A stretch of DNA of 64,000 nt from Seison nebaliae. Its lineage: Eukaryota. The stretch is taken from contig JALJEE010001852.1 in the NCBI GenBank assembly GCA_023231475.1, forward strand, positions 1-64,000. Reading direction: 5' to 3'. A program made the translations under genes and the position numbers. The notes beneath the pieces are model-generated. The model did no database searches and was not told the origin of the DNA. It was given only the letters and a program-made list of their open reading frames with translations. Shown piece by piece: positions 42,002 through 55,777 of this stretch (the first letter of the stretch is position 1; every line of letters starts with the position of its first letter).

Positions 42002-45000
42002 TCGACTCTAGAACTATAATTCCACATTATTCACCGTTGACATCATAATGACTCATAAATTGGAAATAATGTGAAGAAGTGTCTTCAAATTAATCATAAA
42101 TAGGATTTGTTAGGTATTTTATTTGTACATTCTTCGTCTTCCTTCGTCTTCTTTTTAATCCTTCATTAATTTCTTTAATTAATAGTCTTTCTTCTTCTAT
42201 CCGTTTTCTCGTCTATGTATATGGGATTAATAATGATATAAGCGATTGGTTAATTAGTATTCAAATGAAGGAAATTATGGAGGAAATTAAATTGATAGAA
42301 CCATCTCGTATAATTGATGATTTTAAATGAATGAACGTTTAATTAAGACGAGAAAAATTTTGATTTGGAATGGAATTTAAAAGAAAAATTTAATTAGTTT
42401 CCGTTCGCCTTGACGACAATAATAATTTATAAAATAATCATCGATAATATGATGAGTGGGTTACTTTAGAGAAATAAGTGCAAATAATAGTTAAATTGAT
42501 GACAGGAAATGATTATCCATTGGGAGAATGATCGGAAGAAGAAGGAGAGAAATATTAGATAAATCGAATGAAAAATATCAGAAACACAAAGAGAATTTCA
42601 TTCGATTGTCTTCGTCTAGAGAATGAAATAGAATTGCGCTTCCAGGAATAAGAACGACATTGGACGGATAGTTGCCGTCGAAATATATCCGGTAATATCA
42701 ATCGTTTCATTCACTGCCATATTCGTAGCTGTCAACAAGTCTATTATGATTGGAAAGTGTCAGGAGAATTTCATACAGAAGAAAACGGGAATGATCAATG
42801 AAAAAGTTTTGCGATAAAGGAACGATACGGAAAAAGTGGAATGATACATCGAAATTCGATATATTATTCACAAGAAAAAGAAGAAGAAGAATATTGATAA
42901 TTTCATCCTATTCATTCTTTCATTTATCCTAATAACTTCTATTCTTATCTCATTTGAAAATTTCTATTTCAACCAACACCACTTCATCTAATGAAGAATA
43001 ATAATCTTCTGAAGCTTCAAAGGAGATTCCCATTCCATATTAGCATATCTTATTATTATCTAATGTTTACTTTAAATAAAAGTCGGAGACAGTTCATGTA
43101 TCTATTGGTGTCATTTTTTTTAAACAGCCATCCATCTTTTGTTGATCAACACTCCCAAAAAAAAACAAGAACGTTTAATTTGTTCCATCCTTTTTTTTGT
43201 CGAATAGACTAACGTAATAAATTTGTCTTCATCAGCAATCAATGTTAAAATCGTGTTTAAAAAGAACTACGGAAAAAATAGGTAGAAAAACGGAAACTGA
43301 TTAGGGAGAATGGTGACGAATTGAAAGTGGCATTTGATGATATGTCCCATTGGTCTCCTACTATTTGTCCACATTGGATATACCGATTGATAGTTTTTTT
43401 CGATATACCGATGAGCATGTCAGGAAGACACGTGGAAGATTTAGAAGAAATTCTAAGAGAGACAGAGATCGTTGGTCACAAATCCATATTTATGTAGTTG
43501 TGGAGTTGATGGAAGGAAATGTAGAGAAATAAAGGAAGAAGGAATGCTTTTGAATAATTAACAGTCATGAAAGGGTTGGAATAATTGAGGAGTAATGTTG
43601 AATTGAGTGAATGAATGAGATAGATGATTGAAGTAAAGATGAAGAACTAAAAGATAATCGGACGAATATCGCCATGACCATTTTTAATTGATTATTAATT
43701 ATAATTATAAATATTCATGCTACTGATTGAAATACATGCAATTGTTATTCATATATGAACAACAAGTTACACAATCCGTATTGACAGCGAAAGAATAATA
43801 ATCCATCCATCAACAATTTCTTCAAATTCATCGTCAGATAGTTTATGAAATTCAAAGAAATTCTTCTCGTATTGTTGTACCTATATCTCCATGAATATTC
43901 TACAAGAATAACGTAATAATTAATCTTGTTGTGTGTTAATATCCCTTAATATCCTTCCAACATCTTGTCCATCTACCTCCCCTTCCAACAACATGAGATC
44001 ATATGGAAACATATAGAAATCTTTCCGAAACGAAGTTGAAATCAGAACGTCGAAAATAAGAGGAAATAATACTTTCTCTATCACGTAATCAACAGATTGA
44101 TGGATAGGTTAGTCTGATTATCTTTTCCGTTCGTACAAAATCCTCGGTTCAGATGTTACATATCGAACGAGTGCACTGGAGAATGTAATGTGATCAAAAT
44201 CATTCATAATTCCTCCAAAATTAATCTTATTATTTTGTGGTAGATTTTGTTTATTAATTCAATTAATTACTATTCTACTTCTCACCTTCCAATCTTTCGT
44301 ATAAACTTATTATAGACCATTCTACAACTAAATTAACTAAACAACAAATTAGTTGGAATAACTAACAATAACTTCCTATGCTCATTCTACAACTTTTCAT
44401 CCTCACACTTCACATAACTTTCACTCTTTTCAACAATTCTTCATTAAATTAAATAATGGTAAATTATGAAGAAAAAGAGATAATTTTAATAGTTCCAATA
44501 TAATTCTCGAGTGAGTTAGGAACATAAGAGGTCATGTTGAAATTTTTCGTCGACAGTTGGGTAATAATGGCGAGCAGATACTACTTTCAGACACTTTTGC
44601 ACTAGGAGTAGTGGTAGTGAAGTTAATTCGCAAATCGTGAACTTAAATTTTTTCTTGAAAAAATAAATTTATTGTGTTGAGTTCAACATTTAAATGAACT
44701 TCCGTAGGTTGTGCATAATTGAACTAGAACAATATTTGAAGCATCAATTGTCCTTAGTCCATCGCTAATCATTACTACCACGATCGCCTTGGTAAAAGGA
44801 AGCAATCCCAGACGTTTTTCTTTGCAGAAGAAATATGGCCAAAGGGAGCGTATCCATGATTTTTCGTTACCATTTTCCAACATTCTTTTTTTTTCAGCTT
44901 ATGCGAAAAGAAAAAAATCGGGGATAACTTCCTTTACCATATTTGCTTAGGAATGAGAAACGTCGGGAATAACTTCCTAGAATCACCCCCTGCATTATTA

Positions 45001-46347
45001 TATCGTTGAACTATTATCTGGTTCTCTCCTGGACGTTCTTGGAGAAATTTTTGAATTTCTTTTTTAGAAAAAATGTTAGTTCTTTTCTTTTGGTGCTCTT
45101 TCTCAAATGATTTTAATAATATGGTTCATATGATTATAATTGTTTAATATTTACATTTTAAATCTCATTAAAAAATTGGGAATTTAAAATGCTATAAATC
45201 TTGTAACATGTTGTTCCAACGAAATTCTTCGTTCAAAATATTGGATGAAAATTGACCTCTTCCAATTCTTTTTTCCTCATATATTCGATAAAATGAGTCC
45301 ATTCTGCTCCGCATGCATCGTTCTTTATCAATCTTGCTTCCAAAATATCTTGCACGTTTCTTTTCATCTTTGATAAATAAAGCGTTTTTTCAAAATTGTC
45401 TCGCAATTAAACAAAATAATAATCATAATTGTGTTGGTGTCGATTTGAAAAGAAAATAAGTTCTGAGGTTTATTAAGAATTTCTGACACGAGGATTTGGT
45501 AGTTGGTTTAGGGAGCGAAGTTCCATACTATGGTTCAGTCCATCGGATCAAACTCCTACTAAACAAACAGAAATAACTTTTAGTTTAAATTTTTTATTTT
45601 AATGGTTTGCTAAAAAACTACTATTATCGTGTTAGAAGAAACTTTATAAAACTTATATTCCTCGTGATAATTCCTACTGAAAAAATATTAAACTAGGTTT
45701 TTTTCGAATATGGTTCATCTTCAAGAAATCTTATTTCACAAATTTAGTAAACATTATCTTCTAATGTTTCCTTCCCTCTTCCACTTCTACGTGCAACAAA
45801 AAACCAATGCAAGTGTTGTCTGAAACATATAATCGAAATGTTTCCTTTGTCCGTTCGAAGGAAAAAGAATGAAATATAAGAGACTGCTGAAGAGTGATAA
45901 AGTGGAAATGTGCAATCAAGTTGGAAGCTCTTTGCATTTATGAGCAAATAATAAAAATATGAATGAAAAATGAGAAATTTGATAATTATTTATTCAATGA
46001 TTAGCCCTTCTCCCACAGTTATTGTAGGATGAAGACTTATCATATTAAATTTGGTGGGAATGAAGTGTTATGTGTAGAACAGAAGAGAGATAATATTGTC
46101 TTCAGATTTATACAAACAAAATGTGAAGTCTCTAATGATAAAGGGAGAAATGAATGTAGAAGTTTAGTGGAATATTTCTATAAAATCTTTATTCCCAAAT
46201 CAGCAAGAGAAAATATAATTTAAATAAATAAATAAATAGAATAAACTCGAAAAATATACACATGTACCGGTGTATACCGATATTTGAGGAAAAGTGTAAA
46301 TTAAATAAAAATTTCGAAAGAAAATTAAACTCGAGTGCTCATCCAAA

Positions 46348-47070
46348 ATGAAGTTGACGGAACAGTTGGAGAAGGATGATGAGTTAAAATATCTGAGAGA
46401 TTACATGAAATCATCAATCCATCTCCTTAATCAAACAAATAATAATAATAAGAGAAAGAATAATTGGAGATTGTCGAAGGAGAATCGTTTATGGAAATTA
46501 AATTGTTTCCGATTAGATATAAGCGATAACGACGACGACGACGATGAATATGATGATAATGATAATGATGATGATGATGAACATTTGAACGAAATCGAAT
46601 CACGAATATATTTAGGTGATGAGATTGCGGCGACATCGCGACGAACTCTCTCCTTTTATAAAATTACTCATATCATCAATTGTTGTGCAGGATATGGTAT
46701 GAATCAGGTACATACAGGTCGTTCGTTCTATGTGGACTATAAGAATATCATCGACTACTACGGAATTAATGCGATCGATCAACCTTTCTACCAAATCCAC
46801 GAACACTTCGAAATGACTTCGAATTACATCAAAGAAGTTTTGAGGAAGTCGAAGAAATATCGAATTCTCATTCATTGTCATAAAGGTATCAGTCGATCGT
46901 CGACTATTGTTCTTGCTCATCTCATGATAAATAATCGATGGAAATTATTGACGGCAATCGATCACGTAAAACGTCGACGATTTATCTATCCAAATATTGG
47001 ATTCCTATCCCAACTTCTCCATTTAGCTCGTCAATTGGATTTGGCATTCGACGTGAATGAAATGAAATAA
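46348..47070 (+). CDS. Atypical dual-specificity phosphatase (DUSP3/VHR-like), intronless
   Basis: IYLGD, ITHIINC, catalytic HCHKGISRS and IYPNIGFLSQL. Confidence 0.92.
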   Translation: MKLTEQLEKDDELKYLRDYMKSSIHLLNQTNNNNKRKNNWRLSKENRLWKLNCFRLDISDNDDDDDEYDDNDNDDDDEHLNEIESRIYLGDEIAATSRRTLSFYKITHIINCCAGYGMNQVHTGRSFYVDYKNIIDYYGINAIDQPFYQIHEHFEMTSNYIKEVLRKSKKYRILIHCHKGISRSSTIVLAHLMINNRWKLLTAIDHVKRRRFIYPNIGFLSQLLHLARQLDLAFDVNEMK

Positions 47071-47077
47071 ATAAAAA

Positions 47078-50000
47078 TTATTGAGTCTGATATTTAGTGG
47101 TGGTTGGTGGGAGTGCATCACCTTCCATATCATTCACACAATGTTCGTCATCTTCACCGTTTTCAGGATTTGGAAGAATGTCTTCTTCCGGTATACTCTT
47201 ATCCAAATACGCGAAATATTTAAGATTAATGATAGAAAGTGCAGTGAATGATGACGGTATAGTGGCGGAGGAGGTGATTGACGAGGCGTTCGATGACGAA
47301 GTGTGGAAAGATTTTGGTTGATGTAATTGAAAGAGAAGTTGAATAATTTCGTAATTCACTTTTAAATTTTTCACGTCGATCTTCTCCGACAGATTCATCG
47401 CATCTAATAACGAGAGTTTGGACTGATGAAATGATCCGGTCATTTCGATGGTAATTGAAGTATTACCTTTCTCCTCACTCTTCACCAATTCGTAGAGTCG
47501 CCAAGTCTGTAAAAGAATGGCATAAACGGCGATAACGCAATTGATGAGTGAATTCGATTTGGATGATTGATTATGAATTAATTTATGAATATTAATTGAA
47601 TGATGATTCTTCTCATTCACTAATCGTTTTAATAAATTAATGATATAACATTCCGTTATATCGATCATTTCGATAATGGAAGAATTGTCTAATTGGTCGA
47701 AATTGATAAATGTTTCGATCATTTCGTTCAATTCGTTCAACTCATAACTGAATGTACATTCGAATTTGATATTGGATGATGATGATGAGAGAAATGAAAA
47801 ATTGAAATGAAGAAGTGGAAATGAACTAACTCATCCGACAACTGGTCGATATCGACGAGATATGATGGAAGTTGCTGTTGGATCAGACAATCGATACAGG
47901 AACAATTGACATTCGTTTGATACTTCGATTCAACATTTTCCGATGATGTCGACGATGTATTTGTAGTTGGTGATGATATGGACGGTTGAATATGATGATA
48001 ACGATGATGATGGTGATGATGATGGTTTGAACTATAAAATTTCTTTTTTAAAAATAAACTTTTCAAATAATTGTTGGCGCGAATAATATTCTTGTGACGT
48101 GACGATGTTGATTGTGATCGTTTGATGAGTTTAGATGAGGGAGATAATCGATCGTTAGAATATGCATCGAATGATGGTGAGAAATCCGTTCCGTTCAAAG
48201 TGAGTGTGAGAAGAATGAATCGATTATTCCATACGTAATAATTGACAGTGTTCAATGACATACGATCATCAATACGAATAGATTGATTGAATATCATCGT
48301 TCTCAATCGATTCCTCATTACGTCGTCATTATCGATGAGATATGATTGTCGATACATTGATCGTTTGATGGAATTGCGATGTGATCGTCGAAAAAATGAA
48401 GCAAAGGATTGTTTCGTCGAAAATTCATTAGAATTTTTCCCACTTCCATTCAATGACGAATGATCATCAATGGAATGATCATTGTCGAAAGTTGGCGAAT
48501 CAACAATTAATTCCATTTCCTGAATTCTCACCAGATCACTATTGATATGATGAATGATCCTCTCAACCGCCATATGAGAAATGATGGAGAGATCATGTTG
48601 TTGTTGCTGCTCTACTACATATTGTTGTTGACCGTAATTCGATTGAGTTTGTGAATGAAATGGTTCGATTTGAAATTGTTGTCTCGATTGTGTCGTATTT
48701 AATGGTTCGGTGGAGAGAATATCAGACATTTTCATCCATTCTGGTAAAATTTGCATGACATTCTGAAAATGTAAAAGAATATTATAATAAATTGATTTAT
48801 ATGAAAGAATACATTCATTCAATGTCTCCCAATCATTATCTAAAATATCGATCAATTCAATCATCAACAAATCATCTGATTTCACTCGAATATATGACGG
48901 ATATCCTAATTGTTGTTGTTGTTGTTTCGTCGTATGAATGAGGAAGAATTCCATTTGACTCTCACTCAATTTCACATTAGATGAATAATCGTCGAGGAGA
49001 TTAGTCGTATAATTATTTGAATTTTGAATAAGATATAATGGAAATTGAAGAACGAGAGAAAATAAATTATTGGGAATTAAATTCTGTTTGAGAAGATCGA
49101 GAGCTTTCGCTTTTGTTGGATGAAGACGATTCGTTCGATATAATTGCTCTTTCTCATTCGTTATCATTAGAAGACATTGATGTAATAGACGTGCCAAATG
49201 GAGAATGAATCGATAATATATGTCATAGAACAAATTAGCGATAATAAATCGTCCATAATAATTAATGGAATTATTAAAAATTGATTGTATCATCAATCGT
49301 CCACGACTAATCGAATCCATGTTCACTATACAAGAATTCATTTGACGTTCATTCATTCTCACCATCAGATAACCAAGACTTATATCTAATTGGCACCAAT
49401 TCGTGGATAAATAACTCATGACATTCCATTCACAATTTGACACATTCGAATCGCCAATAATTATTTTCAAATTTCTTTTACTTTTCTCGAATAAGTTGAG
49501 AAGATAATCGATCCAATTATCTCCCCACAAATCATCAGTCAATGTCTTATTCATCAATTCTTCTTTCTCATCATTCTCCTTCGACAATTCAATGATATTC
49601 TCTTTGATTGTCAATCGTTTCTCATTCTCATCATCAATCAACAAATTCTCACTTAACGATCGACCATTCTTTCCCAAATTTAAGAGGAATTCAATTTTAC
49701 ATCCATCCAATTCCGTCAATAGATAATAGAAAATCAATTTAACGAATCGTTTCAATTCCTCCAAATTCTCCATCGTCATCTTCTCTCCTTTCAACATCAT
49801 GGAAGCGAAATCATCATCTAATCGAAACAATTGACTAATGCAATTACAATTGAAGAGATCCCACATCTCAATTTGGAAATGGGAATTCAAAGTGATGACA
49901 TATCGACGATTAGGTAACTGATAATAATTGAGAATGGAACAACCGACTCCTGACGAGAAGATAACGGAATATGGAAATATTTCATGATTCATCTTCTCAC

Positions 50001-51426
50001 ATTTTTCCATTTTCTCACTGGGAATTAACGATAATTTTTTTAAAAATTTATCATAAAATTCAATTTTCTCTTCTTTATCATTTTCGTTCGTTATGAAACA
50101 TTTGGGTAAATATCCATTGAATCCTGATGATGATTTCGATGCGACTAATAAAACTTGATTATTCTTCTTTAATTCCATTCCTTTTAAATCATAATATGAC
50201 GTTCTTATACATTCATCACATTCAATTTCATTAATCTCATCTGTCAATTTCACACATAATTCCAGATCGATAATTGAGGAATGTTCTTGTAAAATCGATT
50301 CATTCATCGAATTATGAAACGAAAATAATTGAACAGATCCATCACTTTCTCCCACATAACATGATTTACCTTCATCTAACATAATTAATGATTTCAATCC
50401 ACATATCTCTGAGAGTCGATGTTGAGAGAGAATGTCCATTTTCCTCATGTCCCATTGCGTCAGGAAACCATCAGCGGAGATGGTGGTTAGAAGTTGATGA
50501 TTTTTCTTTAACGAATGAATTGTTCTTGTTTCTTGGAATAATTCTTTGATTAAATTCGATTGTCGAATATCCCATACGAGAATCTTTCCGTCGATATGTC
50601 CCGAATAAACGGTACCACTCTCCTCCTCCGTCTCTAACGAATAAGAACTTTCGATATTTGTCGATTGATTGAGAATGACAGAACATAAAGGAAATCGATT
50701 GAATTTCTTCAAAAATCGATTCGTCTCCAATTTCTCTAATTGAACTTTACCATTCATATCAAATTTACTCTGATCTAACACATTCAATAAATTATCTAAT
50801 CGATATCGATTAGTCGATTTCGATCGATTTGGTAATAAAATCGTTTCCGTCAACATTCCATCCAAATGAGTCACTCTTATCGTACTATCCATCGATGATG
50901 ATACAAATAAATTCTTTTGTCTCATACATTTTATCTCATTCACTTGATCATGATGTTGAGTGAACGTATCAGCAAGTAAATAATTTCCATCATTCTCATC
51001 AAATTTCCAGATTTTCACCGTTTCATCCGAAGATCCGGACAATACTAAAATCAAAGTATTTTATTTGTTAAGAAGAAAAAAAAATTTAACAGAAATCATT
51101 CCAATAATCGATGGTATTAATCCAAGAGGAATGATCAATTAATTTATCTAGAAATTTTATTGATAATTTCCCACAAATTTTACATTTCTTTTCAAAGAAT
51201 TATCATTCAAATTTTAATAAACAATCACAAACTTGTAATCTCCATCGGCCTATAGTAGCGTCACGTGACGCCGAAAATATTTCTGAATGATTCTCATTCC
51301 AGAGAAGATTGTTAATGGAATTGTTATGAATTGAGTGTGATAGAAATCGATTAGTCAAAGGCACAGAAATCTTTCGAGGTCAAAATTAAAAGAAAGATGA
51401 AAAAGAAAAGAAACAGTGGAAGACAT
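47078..51426 (-). CDS. WD40-repeat protein, WDR48/UAF1-like, 5 exons
   Basis: Spliced N-terminus NSINNLLW..IFSASRDATIGRW, HSSWINTI, LLSGSSDETVKIW and HHDQV, plus NRRYVIT and NWCQLDISLGYLMV, follows WDR48 order. Introns: 51371-51414, 51188-51232, 51045-51090, 47748-47830. Confidence 0.75.
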
Positions 51427-53009
51427 TGGCAATTTCTTCGGTTATTGGTCGTGAAGAGGAAAGTTCGTCAGAAAATTTCTAAATTTTCATATTTCTTAAT
51501 TATTTTCTTTTACTAATGAATTTAATTGTTGATTTGGAACATTTGACAATTTCCTTCCACTATTCCCATTATCGCGTGGACCAATGTGAAGAAGAAGGAC
51601 GTGAGAGAGTCAATTTTATTAATATCAAATAATTCTCTTCTTTTTTTTCCCATTAAACTTTCGAATCAAATACAAATTTTCTTCTTTCGTTTCATCCTTC
51701 TTCCACATCATTTCTTCCTTTCCTTACATCTTAAACATCCCATTGAATGTGAGAAAATTATGGAGATCACTCAAATATTTATTCATTCGTCCCAAATACA
51801 TTTCTCTCAATTTTCCCACCTCTTCAAATCTTTCACTTAATTATTCTTTTTCATTTTCTTTTTCACCTTCTCCATTTCTCCCATATATCAATTGAAACTA
51901 ATTTATTTTATTTTTTTTCAATGACTTCAATAATATTTTGGAGAAATAGAATAATATCAATATAATGTCGTAATTGATCGAGGCAATCATGATCGATTGA
52001 TAGTGAAGAGGTGGGGTCATATTAAGTACTAAAATCTTTGAAATCCGTAAGAGAAATGTTTATGGATATCCCATAGTATCTGAATAGTATAATTGAAGAC
52101 GAAGTGAGAGTGAGAAGGATAAATTGCGGAAGATTGATTGACTAGTGAATAAGAATTGTTGATTTTATGGATAAGAGTAAAAAGTACGATGGCACAACAG
52201 AATGGGAAATGATAAGAAATTGACTGTGGCGAAAAGAAGTGAACGATTGCATCTATGGAAACAACAGATCATTCTCCTAATGAGCCGATTGTTGGCCCGG
52301 TCCATTGACAAGAACGAACGATGAGAACATAAGAACATGGTAATAACTAGAGAATATAGAGATATAGAATAGGTAGCACTAGATTCCTGAAAAGTGAAAT
52401 ACGGATCTGATAATAGATGTTGAGAGATGGACAAATAATATGGAAATTAATCATATATTTATATATATATATATAATTTCGTTTATTTTCTGGGACTTTT
52501 GATGACTTTTTTCCGTTTCTTCTTCAAAATATTTAAATTGAATTTTCTTTCAAAGAATTATTAAAAAAATTTTTTTTTTCTTAATTCACTTTAACTTTGT
52601 TAAAAACAAGATAATAATATCGTGATGAATGTTAGTAAAGTGAATGATTATTTTCAAATATTTACATTCAAATTATTGATAACTATATAAAAATGGTGAT
52701 TCTACTTGCATATGTTGTTTGTAAAAATTTTAGAATAACAGTGAAAAGTTTGTAGTCAGACATGATAGTAGTACTGCAAAAGCCTCTATTAGAAATAAAG
52801 TTTAAAATTGGAGTAACTAATCAAAAAGAATAATAATATCAAATAAATGTTTTCTGCTTTTATTTTTTAAACTTTCGAATTAAAAACCAATTTTCTTCTT
52901 TTAGTTCTTCCCAATGAAACTGGAATTGTTGGAACTAGAAAACTTGTAAAATTTTAAAAGTTTCTTTCTCATTTGAAGATGTGTCAATGAAAATTTGTGG
53001 TGAGAATTG

Positions 53010-55556
53010 ATGATGGAGAAAGGCAATTATTTCTTTCCTTATCCTAAACCATATGTCGTCCAAATGGAATTGATGAGAAGTTTGGAAGAGTTCCTCTTCG
53101 ATAAGAATCGTCGGATTGGTTTGTTCGAGAGTCCGACAGGAACTGGTAAAACGTTGAGTGTTTTTTCCGTTTTATTATCGTATTTGCAATCGATGAAATG
53201 TTTGGTGAAGATGATTGAAGAGGAGAAAGTGGGGAAATATTCCATGGGAAAAGATGAGAAAATTTCATTTGAAGAGAAAATGAATTTATTAAAGAAAAGT
53301 GAAAATACTTCATTATATTTAAGTGAAGAAATTGAGGATTTATTAGACATTTATAATGAACATGAGAGAACAATAACAACAACAATAAGTACGGCGAATG
53401 AAAATGGGAGAAATAAGAGAAAATTTGATGAACTGAAAATCGAATCATTGGGAATGAGTCGACTTCGTATTATTTATTGTACAAGAGCTCATAGTCAGAT
53501 TGAGCAGACGATCGATGAAATAAATAAATGGAAATCGAGTTATGAAAAGATTCGGAAGGAGAAAATAAAAAAGAAAATTTTTGAAAAAATTCCAATTTTG
53601 ACGAATGACGACAATTTGGGAGATTCTCTTCGTTTAGGTCTTGTTTCATCTCGTCATTCTTGGTGTGTTAATAAGAAAATTTTGAAAGAATTTAATGATT
53701 CTTTTAATTCTACTGATCATCATTTATCGGGAAAGTTCTTTACAGAAATTTGTGATAAGAACAAATCTAAATGTCCATACGGTTTAGGGAGGAATATCAG
53801 AAATGTGACGACTCATTTCCTGTTGAGGAATGAGCGATTGTGGAATATGAGAGAATGGAAAGAATTTATTCTAAATGAAAATCGATTTCAATTAAATTCG
53901 AAAAAGAATGTCATACAATTCCATCATCGTCATGAAATAAAAGAAGAATTGACTGATATTGAAGATGTGACGAGTGGAAGTTATGGTTGTCCATATTTCG
54001 CCATGAAACAATATAATTCTGAATATGTTGATATTCTTTGTGTTCCATATAACGTTCTCTTCGATCGTCATCAACGACAACTCAACAATATATATTTAAC
54101 GAATTCGATAGTTTTAGTAGATGAAGCACATAATCTTCCCGATTTCATCGAATCATTACAAACAACAACACTCGAATTCAAATCCATCCAAGATGTTTAT
54201 TGTTCGATAAAAAGTTTTATGAGAAATTCTCTATTTAATGTAACAAATCAAACTACTCTCCAAACTCTCCTTCACACACTCAAAAGAATCATCAACGAAA
54301 TAATAATATATCGATCGAATAATGTGATGGAAATTGATCCGTTGTCTTTCATTAATAATTTACATTTGACGGCAAATATATCGATCGAGAAAATTGTCAA
54401 TTCATTGGAGATTGAAAGATTTTGCAATTTGAAACAATTGGAAAGTGATGACGATGTAACAAGTTCAACTTATCGTATCGGAACAAAATGGAGGAAAACA
54501 AAAGATTTTATAAGGAATCTTCTCACCGTTTCTGATGGAGAATCCAAATTAATTTTCTCAAATAATTTCAAACAAATTCAATTATTTCATTTAAATTCTT
54601 CCAGTTTGCTCGTGAATGAGGTGTTGGAATGTTCTCATAAACTTCTCCTCATCGGCGGAACGATGCAACCGTTTGATGAATTCAAATATCGATTATTCTC
54701 CTCAATTGATCAAGTAAAATGTAAATCGAAATTTAAATATTTTTATGAAGCTCTTTCGAATAAATATCATAAAGGAAATGAAATGAAACGTTTTGATGAA
54801 TTGGAGAAATATGAAGAAATCTTCCACTTTCATTGTCATCATATCATCGAACGTGATCAATTATCGATGATTCTTTTAGACGATCCGAAAATTTCTTTCA
54901 CTAAAATTGAGAAAACGAACCAAATTAATTTCCTGCTCAATTCCATTTTTTTGTTGTTGAAACAAATGGATGAATTAAAGGAAAATGAAATGATCGCAAA
55001 CGGAGGAATTGTCATGTTTTTCACTTCTTATGATTTCCTTGAAACTTTCGAGAATTATTTGAAGAAAAAGAATCATCAATTCCATCGTGAGATATTTGTG
55101 GAGAGAAGTCGAATGAAGAATGACTTGAGTAAACAGACGAGAAACTCGATTTATCTTCTCGTTCTAAACGGTAAATTCAGTGAGGGAATAAATTTCAATG
55201 ATGATTTATGTCGAATTCTGATTATTGTCGGAATGCCTTATGCCAATATTCACAATAACAAAATATTCGAATGTCGATTAAATTATTTGAATCGAATTTC
55301 GAAAGATAGTCGAGAAAATTTCGATTATTATCAAACGAATTGTTGGAGAATTATCAATCAGAGTATCGGTCGATCTATCCGACATCGGTTCGATAAAAGT
55401 ATTTGTATTCTCTTCGATCATCGTTATTCTATGCTCAAACAACGATCATATATATCTGAATGGATTCGGGAGAACCATCAAATTATCACTTGTAAAGACA
55501 ATGAAACGATTATTGAGAAAATTAAACATTTTTATCATGCTCAACTCGAATTATGA
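53010..55556 (+). CDS. DDX11: Fe-S cluster SF2 DNA helicase, DDX11/Chl1-like, intronless
   Basis: FPYPKPYVVQMELM, FESPTGTGKTLS, DEAHNL, GGTMQP, GKFSEGINFNDDLCR, INQSIGRSIRH and four candidate Fe-S cysteines. Confidence 0.85.
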   Translation: MMEKGNYFFPYPKPYVVQMELMRSLEEFLFDKNRRIGLFESPTGTGKTLSVFSVLLSYLQSMKCLVKMIEEEKVGKYSMGKDEKISFEEKMNLLKKSENTSLYLSEEIEDLLDIYNEHERTITTTISTANENGRNKRKFDELKIESLGMSRLRIIYCTRAHSQIEQTIDEINKWKSSYEKIRKEKIKKKIFEKIPILTNDDNLGDSLRLGLVSSRHSWCVNKKILKEFNDSFNSTDHHLSGKFFTEICDKNKSKCPYGLGRNIRNVTTHFLLRNERLWNMREWKEFILNENRFQLNSKKNVIQFHHRHEIKEELTDIEDVTSGSYGCPYFAMKQYNSEYVDILCVPYNVLFDRHQRQLNNIYLTNSIVLVDEAHNLPDFIESLQTTTLEFKSIQDVYCSIKSFMRNSLFNVTNQTTLQTLLHTLKRIINEIIIYRSNNVMEIDPLSFINNLHLTANISIEKIVNSLEIERFCNLKQLESDDDVTSSTYRIGTKWRKTKDFIRNLLTVSDGESKLIFSNNFKQIQLFHLNSSSLLVNEVLECSHKLLLIGGTMQPFDEFKYRLFSSIDQVKCKSKFKYFYEALSNKYHKGNEMKRFDELEKYEEIFHFHCHHIIERDQLSMILLDDPKISFTKIEKTNQINFLLNSIFLLLKQMDELKENEMIANGGIVMFFTSYDFLETFENYLKKKNHQFHREIFVERSRMKNDLSKQTRNSIYLLVLNGKFSEGINFNDDLCRILIIVGMPYANIHNNKIFECRLNYLNRISKDSRENFDYYQTNCWRIINQSIGRSIRHRFDKSICILFDHRYSMLKQRSYISEWIRENHQIITCKDNETIIEKIKHFYHAQLEL

Positions 55557-55777
55557 AAATTAATGCAATTTCTCACAAAATTTATTTAATAAACTTATCA
55601 GAAAACTTAAATCACATATCCGTTTAAATGACTAATCACAATTTCAGATGATGACATATCATTAATATATGATATCTTCCTAAATCTTTTGAAGATAAAC
55701 TCAATTTTGATAGAGAAATTTTATTCGTAAAACTTAAAAAAATAGGATTGAATAAAACTTAAATTATCAGAAATTTA

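Noticed and set aside
44520..45960. Possible decayed transposon coding remnant in a gene-free stretch
   Set aside because: Only short interrupted frames and a twice-repeated ATAACTTCCT motif; no catalytic motif or termini I can support without a translated search against a repeat library.
47737..47740. Overlapping stop/start of ORFs 47737-51054 and 47078-47740, suggesting a frameshift or operon
   Set aside because: Explained by the phase-2 intron 47748-47830 (GTTAGT...TCAG).
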